From: Trichoplax adhaerens
Taxonomy: Eukaryota; Animalia; Placozoa
Reading direction: 5' to 3'
NCBI RefSeq assembly: GCF_000150275.1
Contig: NW_002060950.1
Location: forward strand, 1,972,106-2,036,105
DNA length: 64,000 nt
Shown: positions 41,192-55,500 of the stretch, piece by piece
Position numbering within the stretch: position 1 is the first letter of the stretch
How the letters are laid out: each line of letters starts with the position of its first letter
Position numbers and translations under genes: made by a program
Notes under the pieces: model-generated
The model's input: the letters and a program-made list of their open reading frames with translations, nothing else
Told to the model about the DNA's origin: nothing
Database searches by the model: none

Positions 41192-41296
41192 TAAGGCGAA
41201 TAATTGTAATTAAATTAAAAATTAAAGTTGGATTCAAAAAAATTTCAGCCATACGTATACATAAAAAAAGTTATCATCTCGTCATAAGAGGAAAAA

Positions 41297-42643
41297 ATGA
41301 AGTTTCAAGGTTCGGCGTATTTGTCAATACCAGGTAACGGAAAGCCACGATTTCAAGCTCCTTGCCTACACTATGAAAGTAATTATAATGTTCGGAAAGC
41401 CTATAAAAAATTATTAGATCAGTACGGCTTGGATCATATCAGTACTGTTCATGGCCGCAAAAGTAATAACGCAAGAAAAGAGTCTATTGCCATTATAGGA
41501 GGAGGTTGGTATGGTTGTCATTTAGCAAGGGCACTATCCATTAGAGGGTATCCAGTCCAAATTTTCGAAGCAAATGATGATCTTTTTCAGGGAGCCTCTG
41601 CACTGAATACTTTTCGATTACATAGAGGATTTCATTATCCTAGAAGTGTTACAACAAGACTGCAGTGCAAAGAGGGATTTGAAAAATTCGTTGAAGATTA
41701 TCCTGCTCTATCTAAAATGCAATCCTCTGCAATCTATGCTATCTCAAAAGATTTACCAACTAGTAATAAAGGTAAATCAGTCAAAGAAGGAATCAGATTC
41801 AACAAGTACAAAGAGATAATGGATGAGAGCGGCTTAAATTATAAAGATATCGAAGCGACTGATCTTATTAAGTATCAAAATATAGAAGGAATGGTAGATA
41901 CCAACGAAAGAACCATTTATGTAGATCTTCCTCGTGAGTATTTTAGATCAGTATTAACCGGCTTGGGTGTGGATATTTCTTACAATAGCAGAGTAATTTG
42001 TTTACAGAATAAAGACGATGGCAAGGTCGATGTATCGTATTATACTTTTGACAAGAAATCGATTGCTTCAGTTAAGAATCGTACAGAATCCTTTGATTAT
42101 GTCATCAATTGCACCTATAATACTTATAAGCCAATCAAGGATTTATCAGCAACGTATGAGAGTTGTATACAGTTGATTTATTCCTCGAAAGTAAAAAATG
42201 AGAGACCCTTTAGTTTTTCAATATTTGATGGTGAATTCCCATCCATTGATCCATTTGAATTTTATTTTAGACCACATGGGTCTTCTAGCAAGCAATTCTA
42301 TATTATGTCGCATGTTAAATTGACACCAATAAAAAAATATTCAACTTACTCTGAAGCTAGGCAGCATCAGTCCAGTCTATCAAAAGAAGAGATAGTTGGT
42401 CTTAAGGATGATTTTGAAAAAGCATTTCAGGATTATTTTCCTGACTTTTATCGGTACTTTTCTTACGAAGGTTATGCTTTATCGATAAAATCAAAGCCCA
42501 ACATACAGAAGAAATCAGAGGCAGACTTTCGTGGTGTTATAACTCGGCAAGAAGGTAATATTATACATGTTTTTTCTGGTAAAATTGATACCATATTTCA
42601 AGCCAAATGCGATGTTTTTAACATTTTAAAACGTAATCAATAA
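41297..42643 (+). CDS. Intronless FAD-dependent oxidoreductase (DAO-like superfamily), 448 aa
   Basis: Single ORF with Rossmann motif IAIIGGGWYGCHLA...VQIFE, then GASALNTFRLHRGFHYPRS, FDYVINCTY and C-terminal HVFSGKIDT. Confidence 0.9.
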   Translation: MKFQGSAYLSIPGNGKPRFQAPCLHYESNYNVRKAYKKLLDQYGLDHISTVHGRKSNNARKESIAIIGGGWYGCHLARALSIRGYPVQIFEANDDLFQGASALNTFRLHRGFHYPRSVTTRLQCKEGFEKFVEDYPALSKMQSSAIYAISKDLPTSNKGKSVKEGIRFNKYKEIMDESGLNYKDIEATDLIKYQNIEGMVDTNERTIYVDLPREYFRSVLTGLGVDISYNSRVICLQNKDDGKVDVSYYTFDKKSIASVKNRTESFDYVINCTYNTYKPIKDLSATYESCIQLIYSSKVKNERPFSFSIFDGEFPSIDPFEFYFRPHGSSSKQFYIMSHVKLTPIKKYSTYSEARQHQSSLSKEEIVGLKDDFEKAFQDYFPDFYRYFSYEGYALSIKSKPNIQKKSEADFRGVITRQEGNIIHVFSGKIDTIFQAKCDVFNILKRNQ

Positions 42644-44099
42644 AGGAGAAATTATTTTTCAGCGGTATCTAGAGCTTTTATCTAACACAAGTTATGTTAA
42701 ATTGCAAAGCGATAAAGTCATCAAACTTAGATTGTTCAAACCTCAGAGAAACGCTATGAGAAATTAAAATTAGCATTATTCACTTCATTTTGAGCTTTAA
42801 AGTTTTAACTAATAAATTTCGGTATAAATTATTATTCACTCTTAAATGGTAAAAATACTCTATGGATGGAAAAGATATGCCTAAATAAAAATGAACAAAA
42901 ATAAATGCCTCATAATGCCATGGTTACTTCAAGTACGTTACGGTAGTATTCATGAAAAAGCAATGACAGAATTAATGAAAGAAGATTTTGGGTTTTATTG
43001 AAAGCTTGGGCAGCTCCTGCGTCTCTTATATTAGATTGTTACGGTGTTGCCTTGTCCTTAGGATAGTTTAATAAGTACAGTAGTAGCTAGTATGGAGAAT
43101 ATCCATATTTGTAGTGCTAGGTAAGATAAGTAATGCCTTAACGTGGATGTTGTTTGTTATAGTTCATTACATATTTGATATGATTGTTATTGTGCGATAG
43201 ATAGCAGTAAAATGATTCAAGTTCACTTGATGATAGTTGAATTATGCAACCTACGAGCTTAGATTACGATTAAGTATGAGTAAGAGATTCAAAATATTTA
43301 CTGATAGAAAAGCTATGTAAGGAACATCTCAGTTCGAGATGTTTCTCCTAGTAAGATATAATAATACTGTTGTTGTTTACAAATTAGACGGTTCCTATAT
43401 AAACGGGAATATTTTGAGTTAAGTGGTGCTGTAAAAAGTTGTAGATGTTTCTTTGCTAATAAAAGTTTCATCTTTACAGTGTTTTGCTGTGTGTGTTTAA
43501 CGTTGAGTAAAAGGGCGTTCAAGTCAGTAGCTACTTCTAGACTTTTACTGTACGTTACCTTATCGCAGAAGTGAAATTGTGACATAGATGCAATTAAAAA
43601 CTAAAACTTTCTAAGGAAACGATTACGATTTGGCCTTATTATGAAGGGCAAAATATTTCAAATGAAAATATCATTAGTATTCATCTAATGTTAAGATTTA
43701 TATGCCGTTTGCCATGCAAATAGAATGATATCAAGTAAAATTTATCAGTCCATCTTTAAAACCTTGCGAGCTATACTATAAAAATTTATCAACAGCCATC
43801 TTGAAGGTAGTGATTCTGAAAGGTTTATGATGAAGGTTAATACAGGTGAGGATAATATATTTGTTAAGCCATTATTCTGCTCGTATACTGCTGATTCAGA
43901 AATTGTTGTATTAGCAAAACTGCTTGATCTTCATAAGCTACCAAAGCTAACTTGTGAGACGGTGTTGATTTAGCATAATGGAAAGATGTTTCTTGAATCC
44001 TTGGTAATAGTAGTATAAGTTTATAACAACAATTTCTATCCGTCAATCATTATTGTTTTTGATTTTTAAATAATGTGGATAATGACGTTCAATTTAATT

Positions 44100-47030
44100 A
44101 GTCTTATTTAGCAACCATTATCTTTCACCAATCAACGATGTCTGTATCAATGTCAACATTGATACAGAATTTTAATTTATATTCCATCAACTGTGGCATA
44201 GTTATACCACATATTCATAATTAGCAGCCATTTGGGTTAGAAATTAGCTATCTGATTAGTTAATTTTAATTAGAAGTACTCTGTATGGGTTCTTATTGTT
44301 ATTAAAATAAAAATAAAAATTTCGTCATTGCTAGCTCGTTTATATCATCTCCAATAGAGTAATACTTTAATATAGGAGTATTCTATATTCAGTTCCACAA
44401 TTTTGTGTTAAAATTCAGCGGCAGCCAAGTATATCGATGATATTCTCGTAATTACTTTCCGATATCGTCTTAGTTTGTTTAATGTTATCAAGAAGATGCA
44501 ATAACACCGTCCCAGCTAATACTAATATTAAAAGTAAAATAATATATGGACATCTAATACCTTCATCATCCATTAAAGCTATTTTATTTTGGGTATAGAT
44601 ACGGTCCAGGCTAATATCATTAGGTGGTCTATCGTCAGTGAAAAGAAAGAAAATAACATCAGATTTCTTCAATAATGACGGCGATAACAATTGTAGCTCC
44701 TTCAACATTGGCTATCTTTATGGCCATCATCGGTTTCTGTTAGGCATGACTTACAATTTACAAATCAGGCAATTAGGAAGTTTCGTCGTTAATGTAACCT
44801 GTCGACTCGGTTGTATTCCTATCTATAGCCAATGAAAATTTCATGATACATAAATTAATCCCAACAGTAAGTTGTCTAATGTTGCCATGCTATTTTTTTA
44901 TTAAAATAAAGATAATTGTTGTCTTTGTCTGCCTGTAAAATGGCTCTGATCCACATTTGCTTGCAATCATTCCACTGAAGGAAATGGATTCCTTCTATTC
45001 ATTAATGATCATAAAAATATAAGGTCGTAAGGAATAAATAATCAATTAATCATATCGATCTAAGTTTCTTCAAGTCATTATTAATCATTAAGGAGTTGCC
45101 GCATCAATTCCGTTCGCCTTCATGTACTATTGAACAACTTGTATAGCCTAGTAACGATATATGGCATTTACCAGTGTTCAGTAGGACTGAAATTTCACCA
45201 ATTGATAATTTCTGTTAAAGATATGCCAATGGCATAATCCTACTAAGGTGAAGATAAGGTAATTTTTCACATGGAACTCGCTACTTAATAGCAATAATTT
45301 CTTCGCATATATGCGTAATTGTAATTAATTAATAGTTTTACAATTTTCCATGTCATCAATTACAACTATTTGGCGAGTGTACTGTAGCTGAATGCTCTAC
45401 TTTTATTTATTCTTCATCTAAAAGCCATTTCCCTGCTAACAATAAGAGCACAAATTCGTCTAGTATTTCCTGCGATATAAACAGGGAATGTCTATTTTCA
45501 AGGTTATGTAACTGATATAGTAATCAACGGCTAGTCGTTATGACTCTAAAATAGTTTACTACCACCTGTCGAATGTTAATATTTTAGCCAGTCTCTATAA
45601 AGTTCGTTGTAAAGTAAGCATCTGTTACGTAAATGAGGAGAGTTATCAGCTCGATAAAGTGCGATTAATATTGGCGACGAAGTTAACTTTACTTTCATAT
45701 TGGCATATTTACGAATACATTATAAAATAGTGGGTATTTCATTTTACTCAATCTAGCGTAGTTTATGCAATGCATTACATTGTTAGCCGTACGTAGTATG
45801 GTCAAATATTATGAAATTCTAGTAGACCATAATAAAGCTAATTCAAAGCTATATAGTTGTCACAAAACAGCTTTGCAACAAGATAACGCAATATACGATC
45901 AATAAGTCAATTCCTTGAACCACGTATCAAGGAACGATATCTGCACTATCACAAACACTTTTGCTCTACTAGTAGACTACACAAAGACTTAAACGCCTCG
46001 TATTTTACGTTAAACACTAAGTTGGACAATTCTTCTTTATTTCACGATATACTGCATTTATGTACTATTCCTCAATAGTTCATGAGTCATAGTTAATACA
46101 ATTAACATTAGAATCATTTACTGAATTAGATATTAATTTTAGCTACTGCTTCCTTAATGCAGACAACAGTATTTACGAACATAGACATATAATGACTAAT
46201 ACAGAATAGTCAGATTACGATATGTCCTATCACGGAACATTTCCATGATAATTTACAGTCTACCATAAGTAAATTACAATCACAATGATTCGAACTGTAA
46301 GCAGATGATTTGCATTCCCTATTAGAACTATTAATTTCAGTATGTGTATAAGTGTCACTGTCATAAAAAGTCAGTGCTATATTAAAATACAGTATATCCA
46401 AATTAGAAGTTAACTAAATAAGGATAGTCTAATAGAATTTTCCTAACATTGATATTTCTACTGTAATACAGTATATAACACTGTAACAATAGCTTAATAA
46501 AAATTTCCTACCTTTAATCCGCCTTCTGTCATTTACAAAGTTTCCGGTCGAGCTTTTCTTTTATGATTTTTTATCTGCTTTATTCCTGGGTTTGGCAGCT
46601 TTTATGCTTATAAACTTATCAGGTCTTATATTACTCTTAATTATTAATAGCCTAGATAATTTCTGAGACTACTAGTAATGATTTAATTATGATAAAACTA
46701 GATTTATCCATTCTACTAATAAGCTAGGCTTCGTTTAAAAATCTTAGAGTTTGAAAATCTAAATCACTTACATCAATTCTGGAGGAATTACTATTTACCG
46801 CTGTTTTAATTTCATTAAGTATAACATTTCTCCTTTCATTGAATGGAATATTCTCGCTTGTAGGTGCGTGTGTGTTGTTGGTATTAACTTTCTGCTTTTA
46901 ACCTTTAAATTTTCGTAATTTGGTTCAATAATTATTAAAGTGATTGAGCCTGAGCATTAACTTGCAGTGATTACTGTACAACGTATGTCTGATTTCATGT
47001 TAGTAATTAACTTAAATTATTTGTCAATTT
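44100..47030 (+). pseudogene. Degenerate tandem duplicate of the SOD-repeat gene
   Basis: Collinear DNA matches: 44480-44820 to 34225-34550 (aagatgcaataacacc..., aataacatcagatttc...aacattggct); 45111-45200 to 35139-35230 (gttcgccttcatgta...cagtaggact); 45810-45830 to 35965-35990. Upstream 44270 matches 34000, and the 3' flank gtctgatttcatgttag at 46987 matches 40113. Many stops, frameshifts and large deletions. Confidence 0.88.
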
Positions 47031-49535
47031 CATGCTTTCCGTTCATTTGAATTATTATTATTTTTTAATAATGACAGGTAGACTAAAGGAATAGATTTGT
47101 CATACTACTGGTATGGAATATTTTACTTTGCGATAGTAAAGAAGTTTAAAAACGTAAAAGACATGTCGTTTAGCTGCTTTTGGGTACTGAATTAACTGGT
47201 CTAGCCAAAATTGTGTAATATAACCTTCAATATTATCGTTTTCAAGAATGGGGTAATCAAATAAACGCTTACAATACGAAAAAACCTTACTTTCCTATCT
47301 TCTAATTGCTGCTTTTAATCCTTCGAAAGTGACTTAGCGATATTTGTGTCCAGTGAAAAACTTATAGTTTGTATTGAAATTTCCTAAATTCCACAGTACG
47401 AATAGATTAAAAAGAATTTCCAGTAGTTACAGCCGCACTAATACGCCTAAATTCGACTTATGTCTATTTGCATAAGATAATTAGATCAAAACTTACGATG
47501 ATAAATGATATCAGGCGTAGAATACCAATACCATCACGGCGTTCTTGTACTTGCTGTGCCTGTTACTAAGAATATGGACTCAACTCGATTTATTAAATGA
47601 GAATATTACGTCCATGATACTATCTCGTGTAGCTACGTCGATTTGAGGTAAAGTGGATTGTACTCAACATTTGTGTGAAGACTGATTGCCATTAACGATA
47701 AATTTGGTAGTGTTACAATACTACGTTGCCGTAAATTATAAGAAATTATTGTTACTGACAGTGTTTCGGTGTTATAGTATAGCTGTTTTATAGATTATAG
47801 TACGGCGTGTCTACTGATTGTAAGCCTTTTACAAGGGTAGTTCTTACACGTTATAGTAGCGCTACTATATTCTTACTAGATCTTTCGGTAGATTAAGGTA
47901 GTAATCTGTAGAAGTAACTCAAAGTAAGTGCTTTAAGTTAGATTAGTAAACTTGTCAGGAAATAGTCGGTGACAGGTAGCGTACTTACACTTACTGAATA
48001 TCTGCAATTACTAGATATAAAATCAATATTCTAATTCAGTTACTACCATTAACGCTAGCAAATGTCCATTAAACCCTGCAAAAGCATGAAATTTTATCAT
48101 TCAGAAGCATACTATAATTGCATCATAACGTAAATGTCGAAGAACTTCATTAATACAAAATTTCTAAGCGTACAAAGCTTAGCCTTCTATATAACTACAA
48201 TCAAATTAAAGCGGCTGTTATTTTCCTCTTATAAGGTTGTCTATAGTATTACAACGTTTACGTTGTAAAAGAGTTCCAAAAGTTTCATACAAATTAGTGG
48301 TGAATACTAATAAAGGTAGCTATTGGTATATTTCTGTTATCATTCTATATTAATTCAAGTCATCTAAATAAGTATCGTACCGGTAGCATCACTAATGCAA
48401 AGGTAGATATGGTATATGCTCTTGCAACTTGTAAGCGGAATTATATCAAGCGTATATACTCACATTGCATTGTGGCTTGTACGATTTAAAATTGAGGTCA
48501 GCCTTAGTAGTTCACTTATTGCTATATTGAAGGTTTGTACTGCTCTCATTTAGCCTGGAAGATAGGAAATTGAACAAGTAATTAAAGTTATTATAAAACT
48601 AACTACGTACTCCAACCCTCTCTTTATGGATTAAAAAATGGCAGCTTATATCCTTGCGGCGTTCACATTTACAACGCAAATTACAAGATTTTAGAACAGC
48701 GAATTAATTATTATATATAGTACAATCCACTACAGTATTAACACGTAGAATTAACTAGTGTAAATAACACATTCGTGGAGCATTATAATTTTAATCGATC
48801 ATGATTATTATGTAACCTGCAAATATAGTAGGTTTTCAACTTACTCAATTCAGGTAATATCGAATTTAACGCGATGAAATAATAGAAATCTAAAATGTAC
48901 CATAAATATTACATGCTTTAATTAACTAATACTGTATATAGGAATAAATCGTATTAACGCGCAATCTAACAAATATAGCGTGGTCTATAATATGATAGGT
49001 TTACTACGGTAAGTATTTAGACGAAATGGTCAACTTGATATTGACATTAGGATTATTTATTGAATCCTGGTAGTTTAGATTCCTTATCATCGCATTAGGA
49101 TAACTTTATGATTTGAGATACTAATGGCTAAAGCAATGGGCAGTTTACCAGCAAGGGGTCTGAGAGTTTAAAATTAATGTAAACAACACTCTTTTATCTA
49201 GATATAAATTGTTACCGTACTTTTTATCCATATATTTGACCTGAAATTTGAGTATTCTATGGGCACTGATGCCATTTTTATTCGATCTTAGGAAGTAAAT
49301 ATGAACTTTGCACTTTAGTAGTTCCTCCAAATCATTATTGCTAGATCATTAGTTGTGATTGTAAGAAGTAGAATCGAAGGTTAAAAATAAAGCAAATTAT
49401 CCTGGTTGAGTCTACTCTTTGTGGGCTTAGTGTGCTTGAAATACATGAAGAATAACAGTCACTAAACTTGGTCTAGAAGGAAACCTATTGATACCATCAA
49501 TTGAAAATTCTGTGACTTACTTATTGTAAACTGGT

Positions 49536-52500
49536 ATGGCTGATTTATACACAGTTGATGAAGTAAAGTCTTGGAATAATCATCAAGTTATTGAATTTCT
49601 CTTTAAAGTAAGCTAACAGATATTAATATTAAACTTTAAAAATTTTCTGTTCGTGTTCATCGAAAATTTCTGCGTCTATATCATTTTTTATGACTATCAT
49701 ATTGATATTAGTCAAATAAATAGGCTCTTGAAAGTCATCTCACTTATAAAATTCGTGATAAATTAATACGGAATGATTTAATAAATATTAAGCGGCCTAA
49801 TAGAATTCATTGGTCTGATCGACATTAAAACCATGCACTGAAAATTTTCAGTAATACTTGAATAAATTATATTGAATAAAAGATAATTCTTCAGGAACAC
49901 GACAGTTGCAAATATTATAGATCGCGAAATACTGCTGTAGCATCGTAGTTACATCCAACAGGAATTTTCGATACGTACGCAGACCTATAAAAAGTTGAAA
50001 AAGCTCTGACTGCTTTCTTTTAACGCTCTTCAGTAATCTATCTGGTTCACTATACTATTCTTGCTAAATTATAAGATGATGTTAGCTTAAATCTGTGTTG
50101 ATGGCCTTCAGAAATCATTCGAATGTTTTATACTTAGCCGCCATCAACTAGTTTATGTGACCATAACCATGCTATAAACTAGCGTAAATATCTTCTAAAA
50201 AAGATGATTAAATAAGTTTTTAGGCGTAAAGTCTGTCACTAATCATTCTTGACCATTGAAATTAAGCTTTGGTGAAAAGGATACAGTATCGGATAAATGC
50301 ATTTCTTAAGATAATTATGATAAACAAAAAAGTGATATCATCATGGATAATCGATACATTGGTAGACACTTTATACTTTAAGTGTGCCATTTTGGTATAC
50401 CGATAGATATCCTTCAGACTATATTCACGGCTATAAAGTGACTTGACCAGTGTAAATTTTCAATCCGTGACTTTTGGTGTTTTTTTAATTTCTATTCCTG
50501 GTTTCTACTTTCGGATATAAAGATTTAATGATGTATATTACTAAGAATACACTACTCATCTTGCAAAAAAGTAAAAATTACAAGACAAAACAAATTTAGC
50601 CTTTTGTAGTCGGATTAAACATAAATGGGGAAAAACTTTAAGATTCTACACCAATTTTAAAACTTACCACCACGATAATGGCGTGTGAAAGTCGCCACAA
50701 TATTAAAGAATTTTTTATTCTCATCCACGACTCCAACTACATTAGAGTAACTCGCTTAATCGCGAAGCTTTCCAGCATCATTAATGATTTAATTGCATTA
50801 TCGGAAGCGTAATGGATTCCTACATGCTAATAGTTCTAGCGTAAAAATATTAATAATACCCTCATCAGTGATTTTTCGTATAGCATTAAAGTGGCAAGTA
50901 TCTGATTAAAAGATTCTGACTACATAATGTTAATGCTCCTTATTTCACTATTCAATTAGGTAACACTGGGTGAATTATAAACTATGTAGGGCAGACCGAT
51001 TTAACTACATTCGTCTCTAGTTTAATAGAAAACAGATATTACAACTGAAAAACTACTGCATAAAACATCAATCTAATTTAAAGCTAGCTATTTTTAAATA
51101 ATTTAGAGATTAAACTCACGTAGTAATGTTGTAGTACCAAATGTCATTCTAAGTCATAGAATATATGATAAAATCTCGCCATTTTCAAGCAGATTAATGA
51201 ATCGGTACACCGATTTTGTTGTTTTTTGAATAACACAGTATTATGCTATAGTACATCAAATTGTTACCTACTAGGTGGCTTATGATAATTACAGAGTTAC
51301 ATTAAGAAATGATTTAATGGTCGATGCGTATGTTAACTGTTCCAATTAAAATCTGGAGATAAAAGTATAAATTCACTAATTGGAATAATTGAGTCAATGT
51401 ATTAAATTATGAAAAGACAGGCGTTGAAAATGAGTAATGTAAAAATTAGACTTATGAATAAACTGACACGTTACAAATGAGTAGCAATATTCAATCTAAC
51501 AAAATTCTTAAGCCTTTCAGATCGCTTACGCTTGCCCTAACGACTAGGCAAATATGTACTGTCTACCTTATAAAGTAATACACAAGTGCAAATAAATAAT
51601 TTAAGTAAGTTAACTATATTAGAGGAAATTGTCTAAATCTTGATTTATTAATGTAGGCTATGTATTGATAACAAATACAATACAGTATGAACATAACACT
51701 AAGATTAATCTTTCTACGGTAGAATGAGTGAAAACCATTAATTATACTATTAAATTATACGCGAAATAGGAGAATAAGTTCTTTTTGCCTACAGATGAAT
51801 TACAGCTACACTAGAATTTACAGGTGAATATTGAGATGGAGAGTGATATGCGGATCTAGTAATTACAGTATATGTCAAGGGCTATATTATTTTCGTTAAT
51901 TAATCTCGGGCTATAATTAATATTTAACAATGATACTGATATAAATATCGCAACTTACATCTTTTTACTAACATAGTTGAGCAACTTGACCATGTATTGG
52001 CCTGCAATAGCTAATTTTTGTGGTTTTGAAATTCCGCGAATTTTTAAAGTATTAAATAAGCGCTGTGAGATTATTATCTGTTGAATTAAGCAGGTATATC
52101 TTTTTCTCCTAATAAGATTCTAATAAGATCATTATCTTATTGGACTCGATGATGTATCAATTGTGTACTTGTAAGATTAATTGAAATTTTATTTGTTAGG
52201 GGTGAATAAATCGCTATTATAATCGTGTATTTCTGTTCAAATGAAATTTACTTTAAAAAGTTTTAATTGAGTTGCATTTCATGGCACTTTAAGTGACATT
52301 AATTTTTAATATAGCTGAATTTCGATTACTTTTTATTGTAGCATCAATTTTTCGACTGCATAGGTCCTTTTAGGGATCATCACATTGATGGTAATGCGTT
52401 TATGGTAAGTGTGAGCGAAAGTATAAATTACTACCTATAATTTCTAGCCTATTCGATAGGGTTTTATGCTATTGCTTTTGAAAGTATAAGTATCTTGAAT

Positions 52501-55500
52501 GATACAGCAAACAAAACATCTTAAATCTGGATTTATAGACGTTAGATATGCCAACGCTGAAATACTTGGATATTTCTGATAAAAGCGCCAGGTACATAGA
52601 TTTCGCTGCACATTTTAGAAGGAATATCATACGAAATGCTTTAGGTTACGTATTAAATCCTATAATAATGACTTCGGGTGTAGTTAATACTTAAATCTAG
52701 TTAACGAGGAGAAGAAGAGTTGAGAGCTTCCGAAAACAGTTTTTATTATAATATTGCTCTAAAAAGAAATACGATTTCTCCATGTATTATACGTATGTTA
52801 AAAATTTGATATACATGCTATTATAAAGTTTAAATCCTTCATTTCTTTCAGGAATTTATCGACAATTGTAGCTTCGATTGCCATTGCAAAACCAGTTAAG
52901 CATGAATATGGACGAGAAAGTTTAATTAGTAAATTTTTGTAAGATCATAGTCGTCTTTCCGCTACTTTTGTATATAATTAGTTTGTGTGGATATATTCCT
53001 TTCATTTGACACTAAAAATGATTTTATAGTTCGGCTATTATTCATAAATCCAAGAAATCGAACGTAAATCGAAGTAAGTTTAGTCATTTAAGAATTTATA
53101 CTACTAAGATTGCATTGCACTCAAAAGTCGTAGATTCTGTTTCGTTATAATGTATGAATTATCGAAAACTTAACCAGACATTTTAATTTGAAATATGACT
53201 AAAAATCTTTAGTCATCATGCACTAAGAGATGTTCCTAAATTCATCACATAGAGTACAATAGTTATGCTATCACTGCAGTATTATTTGCTCAGTGAATTT
53301 CTGATATAAATTTGATTCGAATGAAAGATTGGCGATGTAATATGCCTATTAATAAAATGAATAATCTATTATTTACTCCACAGAAAGGGTTAAGAGCACA
53401 GAATTACCATCAGCAATTAGTGAATATGATCGAAATTCTATATCTTCAGCTCCCGGCGAGGTATTGTAATATGGATTCACATATTCACTGTTATTTCTCA
53501 TTGCTAGCTCGAATTGTTAGAAATAATAACTACGCTTCAAAGTAACATTAGAATATCAAACGGCAATTAATGAATACTTTTGAGAATTTTTAATAATATT
53601 CCTAGATTTCATGACTTTTTATTCAGCAAACTATGTCATCAAAAATGCTCAATTATAGAATCTTTAGTTCTATGTAGTGTAGATCAAATTTTATTGGTAT
53701 AATTTTTACCGAAATAAATTTAATGATACGCTTCAAATACAGGTACTTGAATTAAGTAATAGCGAAACGAACTCACTATATGAAGAAATTGATCAACCAG
53801 GTAATTACAATTTAATGTATCTTGTATTCCTCTACTTTTTATTGCACGATGTGGTTTATATTTTATTACTTTAATAACTCGTAATAAAGTAATTCATTAT
53901 GGTATCAATATCCGATCAATGTCAATTTTACTTACACTGATAAAATGCAAAGGAAAAATTGATCGTATTCAATAGCGGTATTTAATTTTTTGAAATTAAT
54001 CGATATATGAAGATAGTAAATATTTTTCTAGAGATCTATCGCTTATTCTTGAAGTGTAGCTCAGCATGGCATATGAAACACTATATATACGTGTATAAGT
54101 ACCTCTCAGTGTCGCAAAAAATGTGGCAGATAGCAATAAAATTGCTTTTGTGTGTTTTATTATGTTGCAATCGTGAAATATTTTTATAGAATCTTGCCTT
54201 TAATTGAATTAAATTTTATTAGTAAAACTACTGATGGTATTGCGTTAACATAATAAAATGTTACCGTTGAATGATTATTACATATAACAGCTGCTCTTTA
54301 ATGAGATCCTAAAATCTGTATACATCCAGCAATACTGATTCTACTTTGATTAAAGCATCGCATATGGACAGATATTTGTTATTTAAACTTTTAAATAAGT
54401 CATAATTTGCATTTGCAATTAAATTAAGCCTACAGAAAGTAAATTTACTACATTTAACTGATATTTCCATTCAATCATTTCCTATACAAGGCATATATTA
54501 CCTTTACATTTGTAATAACCTACTAACGTACTAAATTTACATTTCTTCTCTATAGGATAATACACTTAATGATTTTTGATATATGTACTCATGGTGTATG
54601 TTGCATGCAATTTTAAACTAGACATTATGGATACTTATACTGATTGCATAATTGTTTAGGTTTATTACTGCCATTTTAAATTGACTTATATTTGGTATTT
54701 TGTATTAATAGATGTTGAAGCTATTGAAGTCGACAGTCAACTTTACGATCAATTAGTATATAAATATCCGGAGGTAAAAGACGCAATATTAATAGTAAAA
54801 TATCGATGATTTATTCTGATTGATTCCATACTGGATGTTGCTAAAGGCTAGCCTTGATGGGCCAATTCAGCTAGAGATCGATGAATGTAAGTCCGTTGAT
54901 ATTACATTGGTTTAGTAAATTGAGCTAAAATCCTTATCATGTTTCTCACTTTTTTGAATAAGAGATACGAAACTTATTTATTCACAGATTTAGATTTTAT
55001 TAACCTTCATTAAATAATCTACCCAAGGATAACGTAACGATACCATTTTTATATAAAAATTAGCAACGACTTTAAACTTTATGCTACTTGCAATAATTTT
55101 AATTATTACTAAATAAAGTAGCAACATAGTAGTCATCTCATAATGTTCAATTGCATTTACTTATTGACAAATAGTATTTCACGATTTAGCTAGATTGCCA
55201 TTTTAGTATATACTGACCATCTAGTAGCAAAGAAACATTCTTATAGAGCACTTACGGTATACTGTATATCTATTGACAAATATGGCCTCAGAACATAACA
55301 AGATCGATACCGTAATGCGCTGTTACTTTAACTATAATCAGGAAATAAATGCTTAAAGTACACCTATTATCATAGCAATTCAAAGTGCACCTACTATATT
55401 TTCGAATAACAGATATTATGTCATGATTTAAATAGCTTTATACTGTACAGTACTATGTTATAATGCCTTGTGACTTTAATGCAACAAGCGGTAAAATTCC

